Source: Polyangiales bacterium (GTDB lineage: Bacteria; Myxococcota_A; Polyangia; Polyangiales; Polyangiaceae). Taken from it: DNA of 64,000 bases. Location of the stretch: NCBI GenBank assembly GCA_038231275.1, contig JBBRLQ010000009.1, positions 1 through 64,000 of the forward strand, read 5' to 3'. The position numbers were made by a program, and so were the translations under genes. Positions 10,009 to 19,713 of the stretch are shown here, piece after piece. The notes beneath the pieces are model-generated. The model did no database searches. It had not been told where the DNA came from and was given only the letters and a program-made list of their open reading frames with translations. How positions within the stretch are numbered: position 1 is the stretch's first letter; each line of letters opens with the position of its first letter.

Positions 10009-10746
10009 TCAGCGTCTGATGAGCACGTAAACGGCACCCTCGCCGCCGTCGGAATCCACTGCAGTGACGAACGCAGCGACGTGCTCCGACGCGGTGGTCT
10101 GCGAGAGCCATGTCGCCACCTCGCCGCGCAGGACGGCGGGCCCGATCGAGTGCTCGCCGCGACCATGGATGACGAGCACGCACCGCTCGCCGCGCGCGCG
10201 CTTGTCCCGGAGGAACGCCGTCGTCGCGTCGCGCGCCTCCTCCGCTCGCATTCCATGAAGGTCGAGACGCGCGTCGATCGGGAGCATTCCGCGGCGGAGC
10301 TTGCGCATGAGATCCGGGGGAATGTCCGCACGGCGACCTTCCACGCGCGCGCCGTCGTCCGTCACCTCGAAGCGCTGACCGCCGAACGCTAGCGCGCGCA
10401 GGTGCTCGTGCGCCTCCGCCTCTTCCCGCGCCTGCGCCTGTCGACCTTGCGCGACGCGCTGGCGCGCGAGGAGGGCGTCGCTCGGCCCGGCCCCTTCGGT
10501 CTTTCCGACGCGCCCGACGCCCTCGTCGAGCGGAACGACGCCGCTCATCAGGCGGTGAAAGGAGAGATCGTCTTCCGCGCTGCTCGTGCTCGGCGCTGCG
10601 GCGCTCACCTTCGGGCGTGGCCTCGCGAGCGCCGTCGGCTTGGCGGGGGATTTTTTCGCGGCTTCTTCGTCGGCAGCGAGCTTCTTCTTAAGCTCGGCGA
10701 GCTTCGAGAAGGGGCCGTCCGGGATCTTCTCCTTCTTCTTGCTCAC
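10009..10746 (-). CDS. Smr/MutS2 domain protein
   Basis: LDLHGM, VLVIHGRG, GGEGAVYVL. Confidence 0.92.
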   Translation of the reverse strand: MSKKKEKIPDGPFSKLAELKKKLAADEEAAKKSPAKPTALARPRPKVSAAAPSTSSAEDDLSFHRLMSGVVPLDEGVGRVGKTEGAGPSDALLARQRVAQGRQAQAREEAEAHEHLRALAFGGQRFEVTDDGARVEGRRADIPPDLMRKLRRGMLPIDARLDLHGMRAEEARDATTAFLRDKRARGERCVLVIHGRGEHSIGPAVLRGEVATWLSQTTASEHVAAFVTAVDSDGGEGAVYVLIRR

Positions 10747-11003
10747 GCGCCGCCCTCCGTCCGCCCCGATTGCTTCGCCATCGCCCGCAGCGCCGACGAA
10801 ACGCTCTGGATGCCCGTGAGAACGCCGTCCTCGTAGTTCCAGTCGAGATCGCCGAGCTCGGGAAAATCGTGAGGGTTCTGGATGTCCTCGCTGGTGAGGC
10901 CCGGGCAGAGGCGCCGCGCGAGCGCGAGCACCTTCTCGCGTTGGTGGCCTTCCATTCGCGTGATCAGGGCCTCCAGCTCGACCCAGGGGATGTCTCGTTC
11001 CAT
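10743..11003 (-). CDS. Small conserved-looking hypothetical protein
   Basis: 86 aa with NPHDFPEL...YEDG; AAGGAG SD; GTGA overlap with Smr gene. Confidence 0.7.
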   Translation of the reverse strand: MERDIPWVELEALITRMEGHQREKVLALARRLCPGLTSEDIQNPHDFPELGDLDWNYEDGVLTGIQSVSSALRAMAKQSGRTEGGA

Positions 11004-11046
11004 CGCGGCTCCTTCGTAGCCTTTCCTAAGGCCGTTTTCTTCGCGC

Positions 11047-11331
11047 TCAAAGCGCGAGCAGCGCGTCGGTGTCCGTCGGCTCGACGTCGGAGAGCACGCG
11101 CCCGGTGGGGTAGGCTGCGACGGTCGCGCCGTGCTTCGGGCAGACGCCGAGGCAGTGGGTCTTCGTCACCCAAATCGTCGTGAACGCGCCGCGCGTCGCG
11201 ACGCCGCGCTTGAGCTCGTCGTAGACGGCGTCCCCGCGTTCGCCGCAGCCCGCGCCAAGCGGCGAGGTCGCGTCACGGCGGTTCGCGCAGACGAAGAGGT
11301 GCAGGCGAGGGGCGGGTACGGCGTCGCGCAC
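11047..11331 (-). CDS. Thioredoxin-like [2Fe-2S] ferredoxin
   Basis: HLFVCANRR...GC...HCLGVCP...YP; GTG start at 11331. Confidence 0.8.
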   Translation of the reverse strand: MRDAVPAPRLHLFVCANRRDATSPLGAGCGERGDAVYDELKRGVATRGAFTTIWVTKTHCLGVCPKHGATVAAYPTGRVLSDVEPTDTDALLAL

Positions 11332-11464
11332 GCGACATCGGTAGCACGGAGGGGCATGTCGCACACGGATCGCGCTCGCGTGCCTGGATCGACGGGGGTC
11401 CGCCTCGCGGCCCGTTGCCCGCAGAGCGGCGCACGAATGTCGCGCACATGCAACGCGCTCGGTC

Positions 11465-11480
11465 GGGTGCGTTCGTTGCA
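11465..11480 (+). promoter_or_regulatory. Possible sigma54 promoter of kinase gene
   Basis: GGGTGCG-TTCG-TTGCA: GG-N10-GC spacing, perfect -12, weak -24. Confidence 0.35.
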
Positions 11481-11492
11481 ATGTGCTCCGCC

Positions 11493-12518
11493 ATGGGCCT
11501 CGTGTCGCAGATGAGCGGAAAGTCGAGCGCGCTCGAGTTGGGCGACCGGCGGGTCGTCCTCGGCGGCTGCGTCGGCCGCGGCTCTCTCGGGAGCGTCTAC
11601 CGCGCGACGCTCGAGTCAGGGAACGGTGTCCGTCGTCTGGTCGCCTGCAAGGTCCTCGCGGTGCTGGCCAGCGACGAGTACGAGCCCGTCGCCACGCGCC
11701 TCACCGAGATCGTGCAGCGCGCGGCGCTCGTGCGTCACGCGAACGTCGCCGAAGTCACGGACCTCTCCCTCGCGCCCAAGACACGGCAGCCGTTCATCGT
11801 GAGCGAGCTCGTCGAGGGCGCGTCGCTCCGTCGCCTCCTCGATACGTTGGCGAAACGCAGCCGGCGCGTCCCGCTCGATCTCGCGCTCTTCATCGGCCTC
11901 GAGGCCGCCGAGGGTCTGAATGCCGCGCGCATCGCCAAGGCGCTCGACGGTCGGCAGCTCGGCGTCGCCCACCTCGACGTCTCCGCGCGCGACATCCTCT
12001 TGTCGTGGCAAGGCGCCGTGAAGGTCACCGACTTCGGCCTCTGCGTCGCGAAGCAAGTCGCCTCCAGCGTGCGGAGCCTCAGCGTCGTGGCCCGTCGCGC
12101 CGACACGATGGCCCCCGAGGTCGCGCGTGGCGGCGGCGGCGATGCGCGGAGCGACGTGTTCTCGCTCGGCGTCCTCCTCCACGAGATGCTCATCGGCCCG
12201 CGCTTTCCGATCGGGCTCGGCGACGCCGAGGCGCTCAAATACGCGCGCGAAGGCTTCGTGCCGCCGCTCACGTTCGAGCCGCATCTGCCGGAGGACGTGA
12301 AAAAAATCGTCGATCGCGCGCTCGAGCCATCGCCCGAGCGTCGCTACGCCCATACCGGAGCGCTCGCGTACGAGCTTCGTCGCGCCGCGTTCAGCCTCGG
12401 CGTCGGCGACTCGCGCTATTTCCTCCGCTCGCTCCTCGAGTCGGAGCTCGCCGACGAGCGCAGCGACGCCACCGTCCCCGGCGACGTGCAGAAGCGCAAG
12501 CGCATCACCAAGCGCTGA
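11493..12518 (+). CDS. Ser/Thr protein kinase-like protein with atypical catalytic loop
   Basis: GRGSLG, VACK, HLDVSARD, DFG, MAPE, SDVFSLG; start 11493 or 11511. Confidence 0.85.
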   Translation: MGLVSQMSGKSSALELGDRRVVLGGCVGRGSLGSVYRATLESGNGVRRLVACKVLAVLASDEYEPVATRLTEIVQRAALVRHANVAEVTDLSLAPKTRQPFIVSELVEGASLRRLLDTLAKRSRRVPLDLALFIGLEAAEGLNAARIAKALDGRQLGVAHLDVSARDILLSWQGAVKVTDFGLCVAKQVASSVRSLSVVARRADTMAPEVARGGGGDARSDVFSLGVLLHEMLIGPRFPIGLGDAEALKYAREGFVPPLTFEPHLPEDVKKIVDRALEPSPERRYAHTGALAYELRRAAFSLGVGDSRYFLRSLLESELADERSDATVPGDVQKRKRITKR

Positions 12519-12537
12519 CGCCGCGCCTCATGGAGCG

Positions 12538-13110
12538 TTACCGAGCGCCGTAGCGCCGCAGGTATGTCTCGAGCCCGACGCGGCAGAGCGAATGCGTGAT
12601 GGCGCCGTCGTCGAGGAGCTTCGGCAGCGCGTCGAGTGGCACCAGTACGACCTCGCATTCTTCGTTCTCGTCGAAGCTCGTCGCGCCGGCGAGGCGCGCG
12701 CCCTTCGCGAGGTAGGTGAAGCAGCGGTTGCCCTGGAGCGCGGGGTTCGGCTCCACGACGCATAGCTCCTCGACCGCGTTCGCGTCGTAGCCGGTCTCCT
12801 CGACGAGCTCGCGTCGCGCGGCGATGGCCGGCGCTTCACCCGGCTCGATCACGCCACCCGGGATCTCGAGCGACAGCGCGTCGGTGCCAAAGCGGTACTG
12901 CCAGATGAGCACGAGCTCGCGCGCCTCGGTGATGGCGACGACGTTGCACCAGTCGGGGCACGCGAAGACCGTGAAATCGCGGCGAGGCTTGCCCTCCGCG
13001 TCCGCCATGGAGAGCGACTGGACGCGGAAGACCCGATGATCGCTGATCTCGCGCACGGCGAGGCGCTTCCAGGAGCGAATGCGGGGAGGGGGGAGAACGA
13101 AGCCGGCCAT
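12538..13110 (-). CDS. NUDIX hydrolase (ADP-ribose pyrophosphatase-like)
   Basis: Nudix box GGVIEPGEAPAIAARRELVEETG; QYR motif. Confidence 0.92.
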   Translation of the reverse strand: MAGFVLPPPRIRSWKRLAVREISDHRVFRVQSLSMADAEGKPRRDFTVFACPDWCNVVAITEARELVLIWQYRFGTDALSLEIPGGVIEPGEAPAIAARRELVEETGYDANAVEELCVVEPNPALQGNRCFTYLAKGARLAGATSFDENEECEVVLVPLDALPKLLDDGAITHSLCRVGLETYLRRYGAR

Positions 13111-13175
13111 GACGGCATCCTATCAACGGAGCGGTTGAATCATTTGGGGTAAGCTGTCTCCCGAGCTTCACGGTC

Positions 13176-13943
13176 ATGGGTGTCCTTCGTTCGACGTTCC
13201 GCTGGATTCGTTCCCTTCCGCGCGCGATCACGCGCGCCGCGGAGGACATCGAGGCGGTGATGGCCAACGATCCCGCCGCCCGCTCGAGGACCGAAGTGGT
13301 CATGGTGTACCCGGGGCTCCACGCGCTGTGGCTGCACCGCGTGGCCCACGATCTCTGGACCGCCGGCAGCCCGTTCGAGGCGCGCGTCCTCTCCCACGTG
13401 AACCGCTTCATCACCGGCGTGGAGATCCACCCCGGCGCGACGATCGGTCGGCGTGTCTTCATCGACCACGGCATGGGCGTCGTGATCGGCGAGACGGCGA
13501 CGATCGGCGACGGGTGTCTCCTCTACAAGGGCGTGAACCTCGGCGGGACCAGCCTCGCGCGGACCAAGCGCCACCCGCAGCTCGGCGCCAACGTGGTCGT
13601 CGGCGCCAACGCGTGCATCCTCGGCGCGATCACGATCGGCGACGGCGCGCGCATCGGCTCCGGCAGCGTCGTCGTGAAGCCCGTACCGCCCGGCGCCACC
13701 GTCGTCGGCGTGCCCGCGCGCATCATCGTCCCTGCCGCGAAGCGCTTCGACGCCGCGCTCGATCACGCGAACCTCCCGGACCCGATGGCCGACATGATCC
13801 GCGCGCTCGCGTCGCAGAACGAGCGCCTGCGCGAGCGGCTCACCGCCCTCGAGCACAAGCTCGACATGCCCCACGACGATCGCGACGACAACGTGCACCT
13901 CCCGTACGACGGCGAAGAGATGCCCCCCGCCGACGGCGGCTGA
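13176..13943 (+). CDS. cysE: Serine O-acetyltransferase
   Basis: [37 protein letters not shown]. Confidence 0.95.
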   Translation: MGVLRSTFRWIRSLPRAITRAAEDIEAVMANDPAARSRTEVVMVYPGLHALWLHRVAHDLWTAGSPFEARVLSHVNRFITGVEIHPGATIGRRVFIDHGMGVVIGETATIGDGCLLYKGVNLGGTSLARTKRHPQLGANVVVGANACILGAITIGDGARIGSGSVVVKPVPPGATVVGVPARIIVPAAKRFDAALDHANLPDPMADMIRALASQNERLRERLTALEHKLDMPHDDRDDNVHLPYDGEEMPPADGG

Positions 13944-13950
13944 CAGGATC

Positions 13951-14445
13951 ATGCCGAAGGACGAAAAGCAGGGGCGCAAGGACGCCCAGAAGCTCATCGC
14001 CGACAACCGTCGCGCGCGCTTCGACTACGAGATCATGGACAAGTACGAGGGCGGCCTCGTGCTCACCGGCAGCGAGGTCAAATCGATGCGCGCCGGCAAG
14101 GTCGACATCGTGGACGCGTACGCGTCGGTCGACCGCGGCGAGCTGTGGCTGAAGCAGCTCTACGTCGCGCCGTTCGAGATGGCGAACGCCTTCCCACACG
14201 AGCCGCGCCGGGCACGCAAGGTGCTCCTCCACAAGCGCGAGATCGAGGCGATCGACCGAGAAATTGGCCGCGGCGGCCTCACGGTGGTGCCGATGCGCCT
14301 CTACTTCAAGGACGGCAGCGCGAAGGTGGAGCTCGCCGTCGTGCGCGGGAAGAAGAAGGAAGACAAGCGGGCCGACATCGCCAAGAAGACCGCCGACCGC
14401 GAGGCGCGCGCCGACATCGGGCGCGCGGTTCGGGGGAAGTCGTAG
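13951..14445 (+). CDS. smpB: SsrA-binding protein
   Basis: NRRARFDY, GSEVKS, RKVLLHKREI, GKKKEDKR. Confidence 0.97.
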   Translation: MPKDEKQGRKDAQKLIADNRRARFDYEIMDKYEGGLVLTGSEVKSMRAGKVDIVDAYASVDRGELWLKQLYVAPFEMANAFPHEPRRARKVLLHKREIEAIDREIGRGGLTVVPMRLYFKDGSAKVELAVVRGKKKEDKRADIAKKTADREARADIGRAVRGKS

Positions 14446-14447
14446 CC

Positions 14448-14747
14448 GTGGACGCGCCGCACCCGCACCAGGGCTGGCATTTGCAGTGGGAAAAAGGCGG
14501 CACCGCGCGCGTCGTCTCGCTCGCCGCCGCGAAGGACGCGATCACGCTCCGCTCTTCGATCCCGTCGCCGCCCGGCTCGCGTATCGACGGGACGCTGCTC
14601 GACGGTGGGACGAAGGTGCGCTTCAAGATCCATGGGTCGAAGAAGCAAGACGACGGCGAGTTCGTCCTCGAAGGGCGCACGATCGACATGACGCGAGAGG
14701 TGCGCGAGCGTCTCGCTTCGCTCGTCGCGCCCGTCGCGCCTGCCTGA
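14448..14747 (+). CDS. Small hypothetical protein
   Basis: GTG 2 nt after smpB stop; 99 aa, coding-like (PSPPGSR). Confidence 0.6.
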   Translation: MDAPHPHQGWHLQWEKGGTARVVSLAAAKDAITLRSSIPSPPGSRIDGTLLDGGTKVRFKIHGSKKQDDGEFVLEGRTIDMTREVRERLASLVAPVAPA

Positions 14748-14761
14748 GCCGCGCCGAAAAT

Positions 14762-15445
14762 TCAGGCACGTTGGCGGCGCGCGAGGAGGAGCGCGAAGGC
14801 GCCGAAGACGACGGCGATCGCGACGAGCGCGAGGGCGCTGGCGCGCTGCGAGAGCTCCAACGCCGGGGCGCCGCCGAAGAGGCTGCGAAGGTGCGCGCGC
14901 GGCGTGAGGAGCGCGGCGACGCCAGAGCCGTCGCCGAGGATCCAGTCGACGGCGAGGAGGACGCCGCGTCCGATGCCGCTGCGAAAGATCGCGGCGCCGA
15001 ATCCGAACATGGCGGCGTAGGCGAGGCCCGCGAGCGCGCCGACCTTCGCGGACGTGAGCGCGTCGAGCAGGACCGGCGGATCGTCTTGGCCGTGGGCGAC
15101 GATGGCGACCGTCGCGGCTGCGGCACCGCACACAACGACGCTCATGACCGCAGCGACCGCGAGCGTGTGGAGTGCGACGCGCAGCGGATCGGCGCCGAAC
15201 GCGACGAGGGATCGGCCGGCGCGCCCAAAGCCGGCGCCCGCGAGGATGGCGCCGACGATGGCGTAAACGAGGAGCGGGAGCGCGATCGCTCCGAACGCGC
15301 CGAGCAGCACGTGCCCCGCGGCGGGCCAGCCGCGCGAGCGCTCGACGAACGCGGCGCCGACAGCGACGACGAGCCACGCCGCGCCGGTAAAAAGCGCGCT
15401 CGGGGTGCGCGCGACGCGGAGGACGGCGAGCCGCGCGGCGATCAT
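14762..15445 (-). CDS. ABC-2-type permease-like membrane protein
   Basis: About 6 TMs; ATGA overlap with ATPase-like gene. Confidence 0.7.
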   Translation of the reverse strand: MIAARLAVLRVARTPSALFTGAAWLVVAVGAAFVERSRGWPAAGHVLLGAFGAIALPLLVYAIVGAILAGAGFGRAGRSLVAFGADPLRVALHTLAVAAVMSVVVCGAAAATVAIVAHGQDDPPVLLDALTSAKVGALAGLAYAAMFGFGAAIFRSGIGRGVLLAVDWILGDGSGVAALLTPRAHLRSLFGGAPALELSQRASALALVAIAVVFGAFALLLARRQRA

Positions 15446-16467
15446 GTCGTGCCCTCGGCGGGTGTCGGCGGCGGAGCGGGAGGAGCCGCTGGCGCAGGAG
15501 GAGCCGGCGGCGTAGGCGCGGAGGAGGGCGGTGGGCGCTCGGTCGCCGCGCGGTAGGCCGCTGCGGCGGCGCTCGCACGCGATGCGCGCAGCTCGTCGAG
15601 CGGCGGCGCCTCGGCGCGGAGACTCGAAATCTCGACGTTCGCGCGAATGGCCGCGCGCGCGATCGCGTCGGCGAGCGCGACGACGTCGGAGCCCGAGACG
15701 GTCACCGATCGAGGGCCCGCCTCGATCGACACGGGCGCCGTCTCCGCGGCGAGGGCCGCGAGGAGCGTCCTCGGGTCTTCGACGATCGCGGTGAGTCGGG
15801 CCGGTCCCGCGCCGCGCGCCGCGACATCGGCGAGCGCGGTGGTCCGGTGGACGAAGCGCCCGCGCTCGAAGAGCAGGTGATCGTCGGCGAGCTCCGACGC
15901 CTCTCGGAGCGACGCGGTCGCGACGACGACGCACGTGTCTCGCCCTCGCCCGCGAACGGCCTCCGCCAAGCGCGACGCGGCGCGCGGATCGACGTCGACG
16001 TACGGCTCGTCGAGGAGGATGACCCGCGCGGTCGAGGTCAGCGCCTCGGCGAGCGCGACGGCCCGAGCCTCCCCGGGCAAGAGCGACCGCACCTTCCTGG
16101 TGAGGAGACCTTCGATGCCGAGCCGCTCGAGCCTCACGCGGACGTCAAAGGCCGGCTCGCCGCGCACGGCGGCGGCCATCTCGAGCACCTCGAAGACGCG
16201 GAGCACCTCGGGCAGCGCGATCTCGCGGCCGACGTGCGCGATCTTCGTGCGCGTCGCGCGGTCGCGCGGAGAGGCGCCGAGCACGCGCACGGTTCCCGCG
16301 CGAGGGCGCGCGCGACCCGATATCGCCGCGAGCGCGAGGCCCGCCCCGTCCGCCGGTGCGCCGATGAACGCGTGGACACCGGCGGCGAGCGTGAACGTCG
16401 TCGGCGAGAGCGCGACGGGAGCTTCGCGCGCGGTGACGTTCTCGAGGATGACGAGCGCGTCGGTCAC
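15442..16467 (-). CDS. Degenerate ABC ATP-binding protein
   Basis: Walker B VILLDEP retained; Walker A region GAPADGAGL, signature LLPGE, H-switch ATAS; GTG start overlaps upstream stop. Confidence 0.8.
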   Translation of the reverse strand: MTDALVILENVTAREAPVALSPTTFTLAAGVHAFIGAPADGAGLALAAISGRARPRAGTVRVLGASPRDRATRTKIAHVGREIALPEVLRVFEVLEMAAAVRGEPAFDVRVRLERLGIEGLLTRKVRSLLPGEARAVALAEALTSTARVILLDEPYVDVDPRAASRLAEAVRGRGRDTCVVVATASLREASELADDHLLFERGRFVHRTTALADVAARGAGPARLTAIVEDPRTLLAALAAETAPVSIEAGPRSVTVSGSDVVALADAIARAAIRANVEISSLRAEAPPLDELRASRASAAAAAYRAATERPPPSSAPTPPAPPAPAAPPAPPPTPAEGTT

Positions 16468-17300
16468 GGCGCTTCCTCTCTCTGCGCGGCGCGCGCCGCC
16501 CGCCGGACGGCCGCCAGGCTCAACGCCACGACCAGCGCCAGCATGAAGAGCGCCCGCATCGCACGCCAGCCGTCGACGCCCGGCGGCATCAGCGCGGTCC
16601 GGAGCGACGTGAGCGCGCCTGGGATCGACGTGAGATCTCCGTACCCGTACGGGAGGAGCGCGCGCGTCATCGGCGCCAACACCTCGGGAAGGACGAGCAC
16701 GACGAGCAGCCATCCGTAGCCCCCCGCGCGCGAACGCGGGCCGAGCGCCGCCATCGCCAAGGGGCCCAACGTCAACGCGAACGCGAACGCGTACACGACG
16801 GCGGCGAGCGTTCCCTGGAGCGTCCGCATGGCGATCCCTGCGCGCGTCGCCAGGAGGGTGGCGACCACGCCAACGAGGAGCGTCCCGCCGGCGACGACGA
16901 TCACGAGGAGGCCCGTGAGGCCACCCACGCGCGTCCACAAATACCCGCCGAGCGGCGCTCCTCTTGCGCGCAAGAGCGCGGTGATGCCGGCCTCTCGATC
17001 GCGCTTGAGCGCCTGCACAGAGACCGCGAAGGCGAGCAGCACCCCCGCGCCCCAGGCGAGCGCGCCGGCCGTGAGCGAGGGGACCTCCTCGAACGAAGAC
17101 CCGCCCCGTCGCACGAGCCCCGCCGTCGCGATGAGCGCGCCGAGCACCGTGAGCACGCCCACGACGAGCGAGATCGTCGCCAGCGGGCCGCGTCGCGCCA
17201 GATCCAGCCCTAACGCTGCCATCGCGCGCCGCCGCGCTCGCGCCGTGGGCGGGCTCGCCGCGGGCGGCGACGCTGGAGCAGGGGACGTCGACGGCTGCAT
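16464..17300 (-). CDS. ABC-2-type permease-like membrane protein
   Basis: About 6 TMs; DREAGITALLRARG loop typical of ABC-2 permeases. Confidence 0.72.
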   Translation of the reverse strand: MQPSTSPAPASPPAASPPTARARRRAMAALGLDLARRGPLATISLVVGVLTVLGALIATAGLVRRGGSSFEEVPSLTAGALAWGAGVLLAFAVSVQALKRDREAGITALLRARGAPLGGYLWTRVGGLTGLLVIVVAGGTLLVGVVATLLATRAGIAMRTLQGTLAAVVYAFAFALTLGPLAMAALGPRSRAGGYGWLLVVLVLPEVLAPMTRALLPYGYGDLTSIPGALTSLRTALMPPGVDGWRAMRALFMLALVVALSLAAVRRAARAAQREEAP

Positions 17301-17352
17301 CGGGACGAGGATACTTGACCTGCCCGGCCTCCCGGGGCATTTCGAGGCCAGG

Positions 17353-19680
17353 ATGCGAGACTCCGCCCCGTCCGGCCTGGCTCGCGTCGTCCGCGAGCAT
17401 CGCGCGCTCCTGCCAGGGGTCGCGAGCGTCGGCTACGTGGTCGCGGCGGCGCTCCAGGCGCACGACGGACCCCCGATTCGCCCGCTCGGCTTCGGCGCGG
17501 CGGCGCTCGTCGTGCTCGTCCTCGTCGAGCGACGCAACAAGCCGCTCCGCGTGACGGCGTTCGGCTTCGCGCTCGCGCTCGCCTCGCTCGGCGCCGACGC
17601 GCGCGGCTGGCTCGACGCGTTCGGCGCGTTCGGCGCTGCGGTCGGCTTCGTCACCGCGGCGCGCGCGGTCGTGGCGATGCGCGGCGCTGGCGGCCTCGGC
17701 GCGGCACGTCCCCCGTCGGCGCGCCTCGTGCTTTTCTTCGGCGGTCTCGCGTGGACCCTCGCGCTCGCGTCGACGGTCCTGGGCGCGGCCGGCCAGCCGT
17801 CGCCTCTCGCCGAAGCCCCCGCGGCTTGGGTGGGCGCGGCGACCATCGTGTCCGCGCTCGGCATCCTCTATCTCGCGCGGACCAGCGCGAAGACCCGTCG
17901 CCTCGATCTCGGCGTGGTCCCGCGCGCGAACGGCGTGCTCGCGCTGACGGCGCTCGCGATGGGCGTCGCGTCGCTCGCGAGCGTGATGAACCTCGCCGCG
18001 CCGGATCGCATCGCGCGCTTCACCGTCGCCCTCGCGTCCGTCGCCGTCGCGCACCTGTCGCTCGCCTCCGACGCCGTGGCCATCGCGCGCACGTCGCGTC
18101 GCTTCGTCGCGCTGGCGCTCGCCGCCGGCCCCGTGGTGGTGCTGGGGATGTCGGTGTCGCGCGGCCGCCCGTACGACACCGCGGCGGTGACCGCACTCAC
18201 CGCGATCGGCGCGCTCCTCGTCGGCACGTTGTCCCGTGTCTTCGAGCGCCCGCTCCGGCCCGCGCAGGGCGTCTGGCTCGACGCGGTGAAGAAGGCGCGC
18301 GAAGCGATCGAGCGCGCCGATCCCGACGACGCCCTGCGCGACGTGCTCCTCGCGCTCCGAGAGCCGGCCGGCGCGCGCGGGGCTTCGCCGGTGCTCCTCA
18401 CGCTCGATCCGGCGCGCGCGATGACGATCGACGCAGCGGGCTACGCGCACGACAAGGACCTCTCCATTCCCGAGGGCCTCCTCGCCATGGCGTCGAAGGA
18501 GCCGGAGGCGGCGCTGCGCACCGAGGTCCTCCTCGCTCTGGAGGTTCGTCGGCCCGATCTTCGTCCGATGCTCCGGTGGATGCTGGATCGCGGGGCGTCC
18601 CTCGCGGCGGTCGTCACGCGCGGCGGGGAAGCCGAAGGGCTCCTTCTCGTGCCCGAGATCCCGCGTGAGGATGCGCTCTCGCTCGAAGAGGCGCGCGCGA
18701 TCAAGGGCGTGGCCGACGCGCTCGCCGGCGCCATCCATGCGCGCGCTGCGCTGGCGCGCAGCAGGGAGCGCGAGCGTGTGACGCGCCTCAAGGCCGAGGC
18801 CGCGGAGGATCTCGCGGCGCGCCTCCAGCACCAGGTGGAGCTCGGCGAGGGCCGCAACGCGCTCGCGGCGTCGCGGCTCGCGCGGCCGGCCACGGTGGGG
18901 ATTTACTCGGCGGCCTCGCGCATGGCCCTCGACGCGACGCTTCGTCGTCTCCGCGCGGGCGCGCCGCTCGCGATCGTGGCGCCGAGCGGGGTGGATCCGA
19001 TCCCGTACATCGCGCGCGCGCACGGCGAGGGGCCTCGCGCGTCGGGCCCGCTCGTGCTCGTCGACGGCACGCAGTCGCGCGAGCACGATCCGGCGCGCTG
19101 GACCGATCCCAAGACGAGCCCGCTCGCGCTCTCCGACGGCGGGCTGCTTGTTTTGCTCGACGGCGCCGCGCTTCCCCTCGAGGTGCAGCGGCTCGTCGCG
19201 CGCGCGCTCAGCGAGCGTCGCGCGCCGTGGGAGCGTCCCGTCCCCCTCGACGTCGCGCTCGCGTTCACGGCGGTGGCGGCGCCCGAAGCTCTCGCCGCCC
19301 GCGGTCTCCTCGATGCCACACTCGCCGCTCGCCTGGGCGACGCCGCCGACGATCCCATCGTCCTGCCGCGCCTCTGCGATCGGCCCGAGGACGTGCGTGC
19401 GCTGCTCACCGATCGTCTCGCCCGCGAGGGTCTGCGCGCCTTGGGACGCCCGGTCGGAATCGACGACGCCGCCTTCGCGCGCCTCGTCGAGCGCACCTTC
19501 CCGGGCGAGGACGCCGAGCTCCAGGTCCTCGTCCAGCGCCTCGTCGCCCAGGTCGGTGCCCGGGGAGCCGACGTGGTGGGTCCGGCCGACGTGCCCGACG
19601 AATCGGCCCCTCCGCCGGCAGAAATGCCTACCTCCCAGGGCCTGCGCGAGCTTCGCTTGTCGAAGCCATTTCGCACGTGA
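17353..19680 (+). CDS. Multi-TM protein with C-terminal degenerate sigma54-activator-like AAA+ domain
   Basis: Many hydrophobic helices, a soluble middle region, then ARAHGEGPRASGPLVLVDG, GGLLVLLDGAALPLEVQ, LPRLCDRPED, FPGEDAEL echoing bEBP motifs. Confidence 0.72.
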   Translation: MRDSAPSGLARVVREHRALLPGVASVGYVVAAALQAHDGPPIRPLGFGAAALVVLVLVERRNKPLRVTAFGFALALASLGADARGWLDAFGAFGAAVGFVTAARAVVAMRGAGGLGAARPPSARLVLFFGGLAWTLALASTVLGAAGQPSPLAEAPAAWVGAATIVSALGILYLARTSAKTRRLDLGVVPRANGVLALTALAMGVASLASVMNLAAPDRIARFTVALASVAVAHLSLASDAVAIARTSRRFVALALAAGPVVVLGMSVSRGRPYDTAAVTALTAIGALLVGTLSRVFERPLRPAQGVWLDAVKKAREAIERADPDDALRDVLLALREPAGARGASPVLLTLDPARAMTIDAAGYAHDKDLSIPEGLLAMASKEPEAALRTEVLLALEVRRPDLRPMLRWMLDRGASLAAVVTRGGEAEGLLLVPEIPREDALSLEEARAIKGVADALAGAIHARAALARSRERERVTRLKAEAAEDLAARLQHQVELGEGRNALAASRLARPATVGIYSAASRMALDATLRRLRAGAPLAIVAPSGVDPIPYIARAHGEGPRASGPLVLVDGTQSREHDPARWTDPKTSPLALSDGGLLVLLDGAALPLEVQRLVARALSERRAPWERPVPLDVALAFTAVAAPEALAARGLLDATLAARLGDAADDPIVLPRLCDRPEDVRALLTDRLAREGLRALGRPVGIDDAAFARLVERTFPGEDAELQVLVQRLVAQVGARGADVVGPADVPDESAPPPAEMPTSQGLRELRLSKPFRT

Positions 19681-19713
19681 TACTCAGGAGCGGCCCGATT
19701 TCTCGGAGAAACC

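Noticed and set aside
14446-14761. tmRNA (ssrA) next to smpB
   Set aside because: No GGGG 5' end or T-arm/CCA 3' end recognised; the space holds a small CDS.
15442-19086. 1214-aa minus-strand ORF
   Set aside because: Only 15442..16467 is protein-like; the rest is Arg-rich shadow of the permease and of the plus-strand gene.
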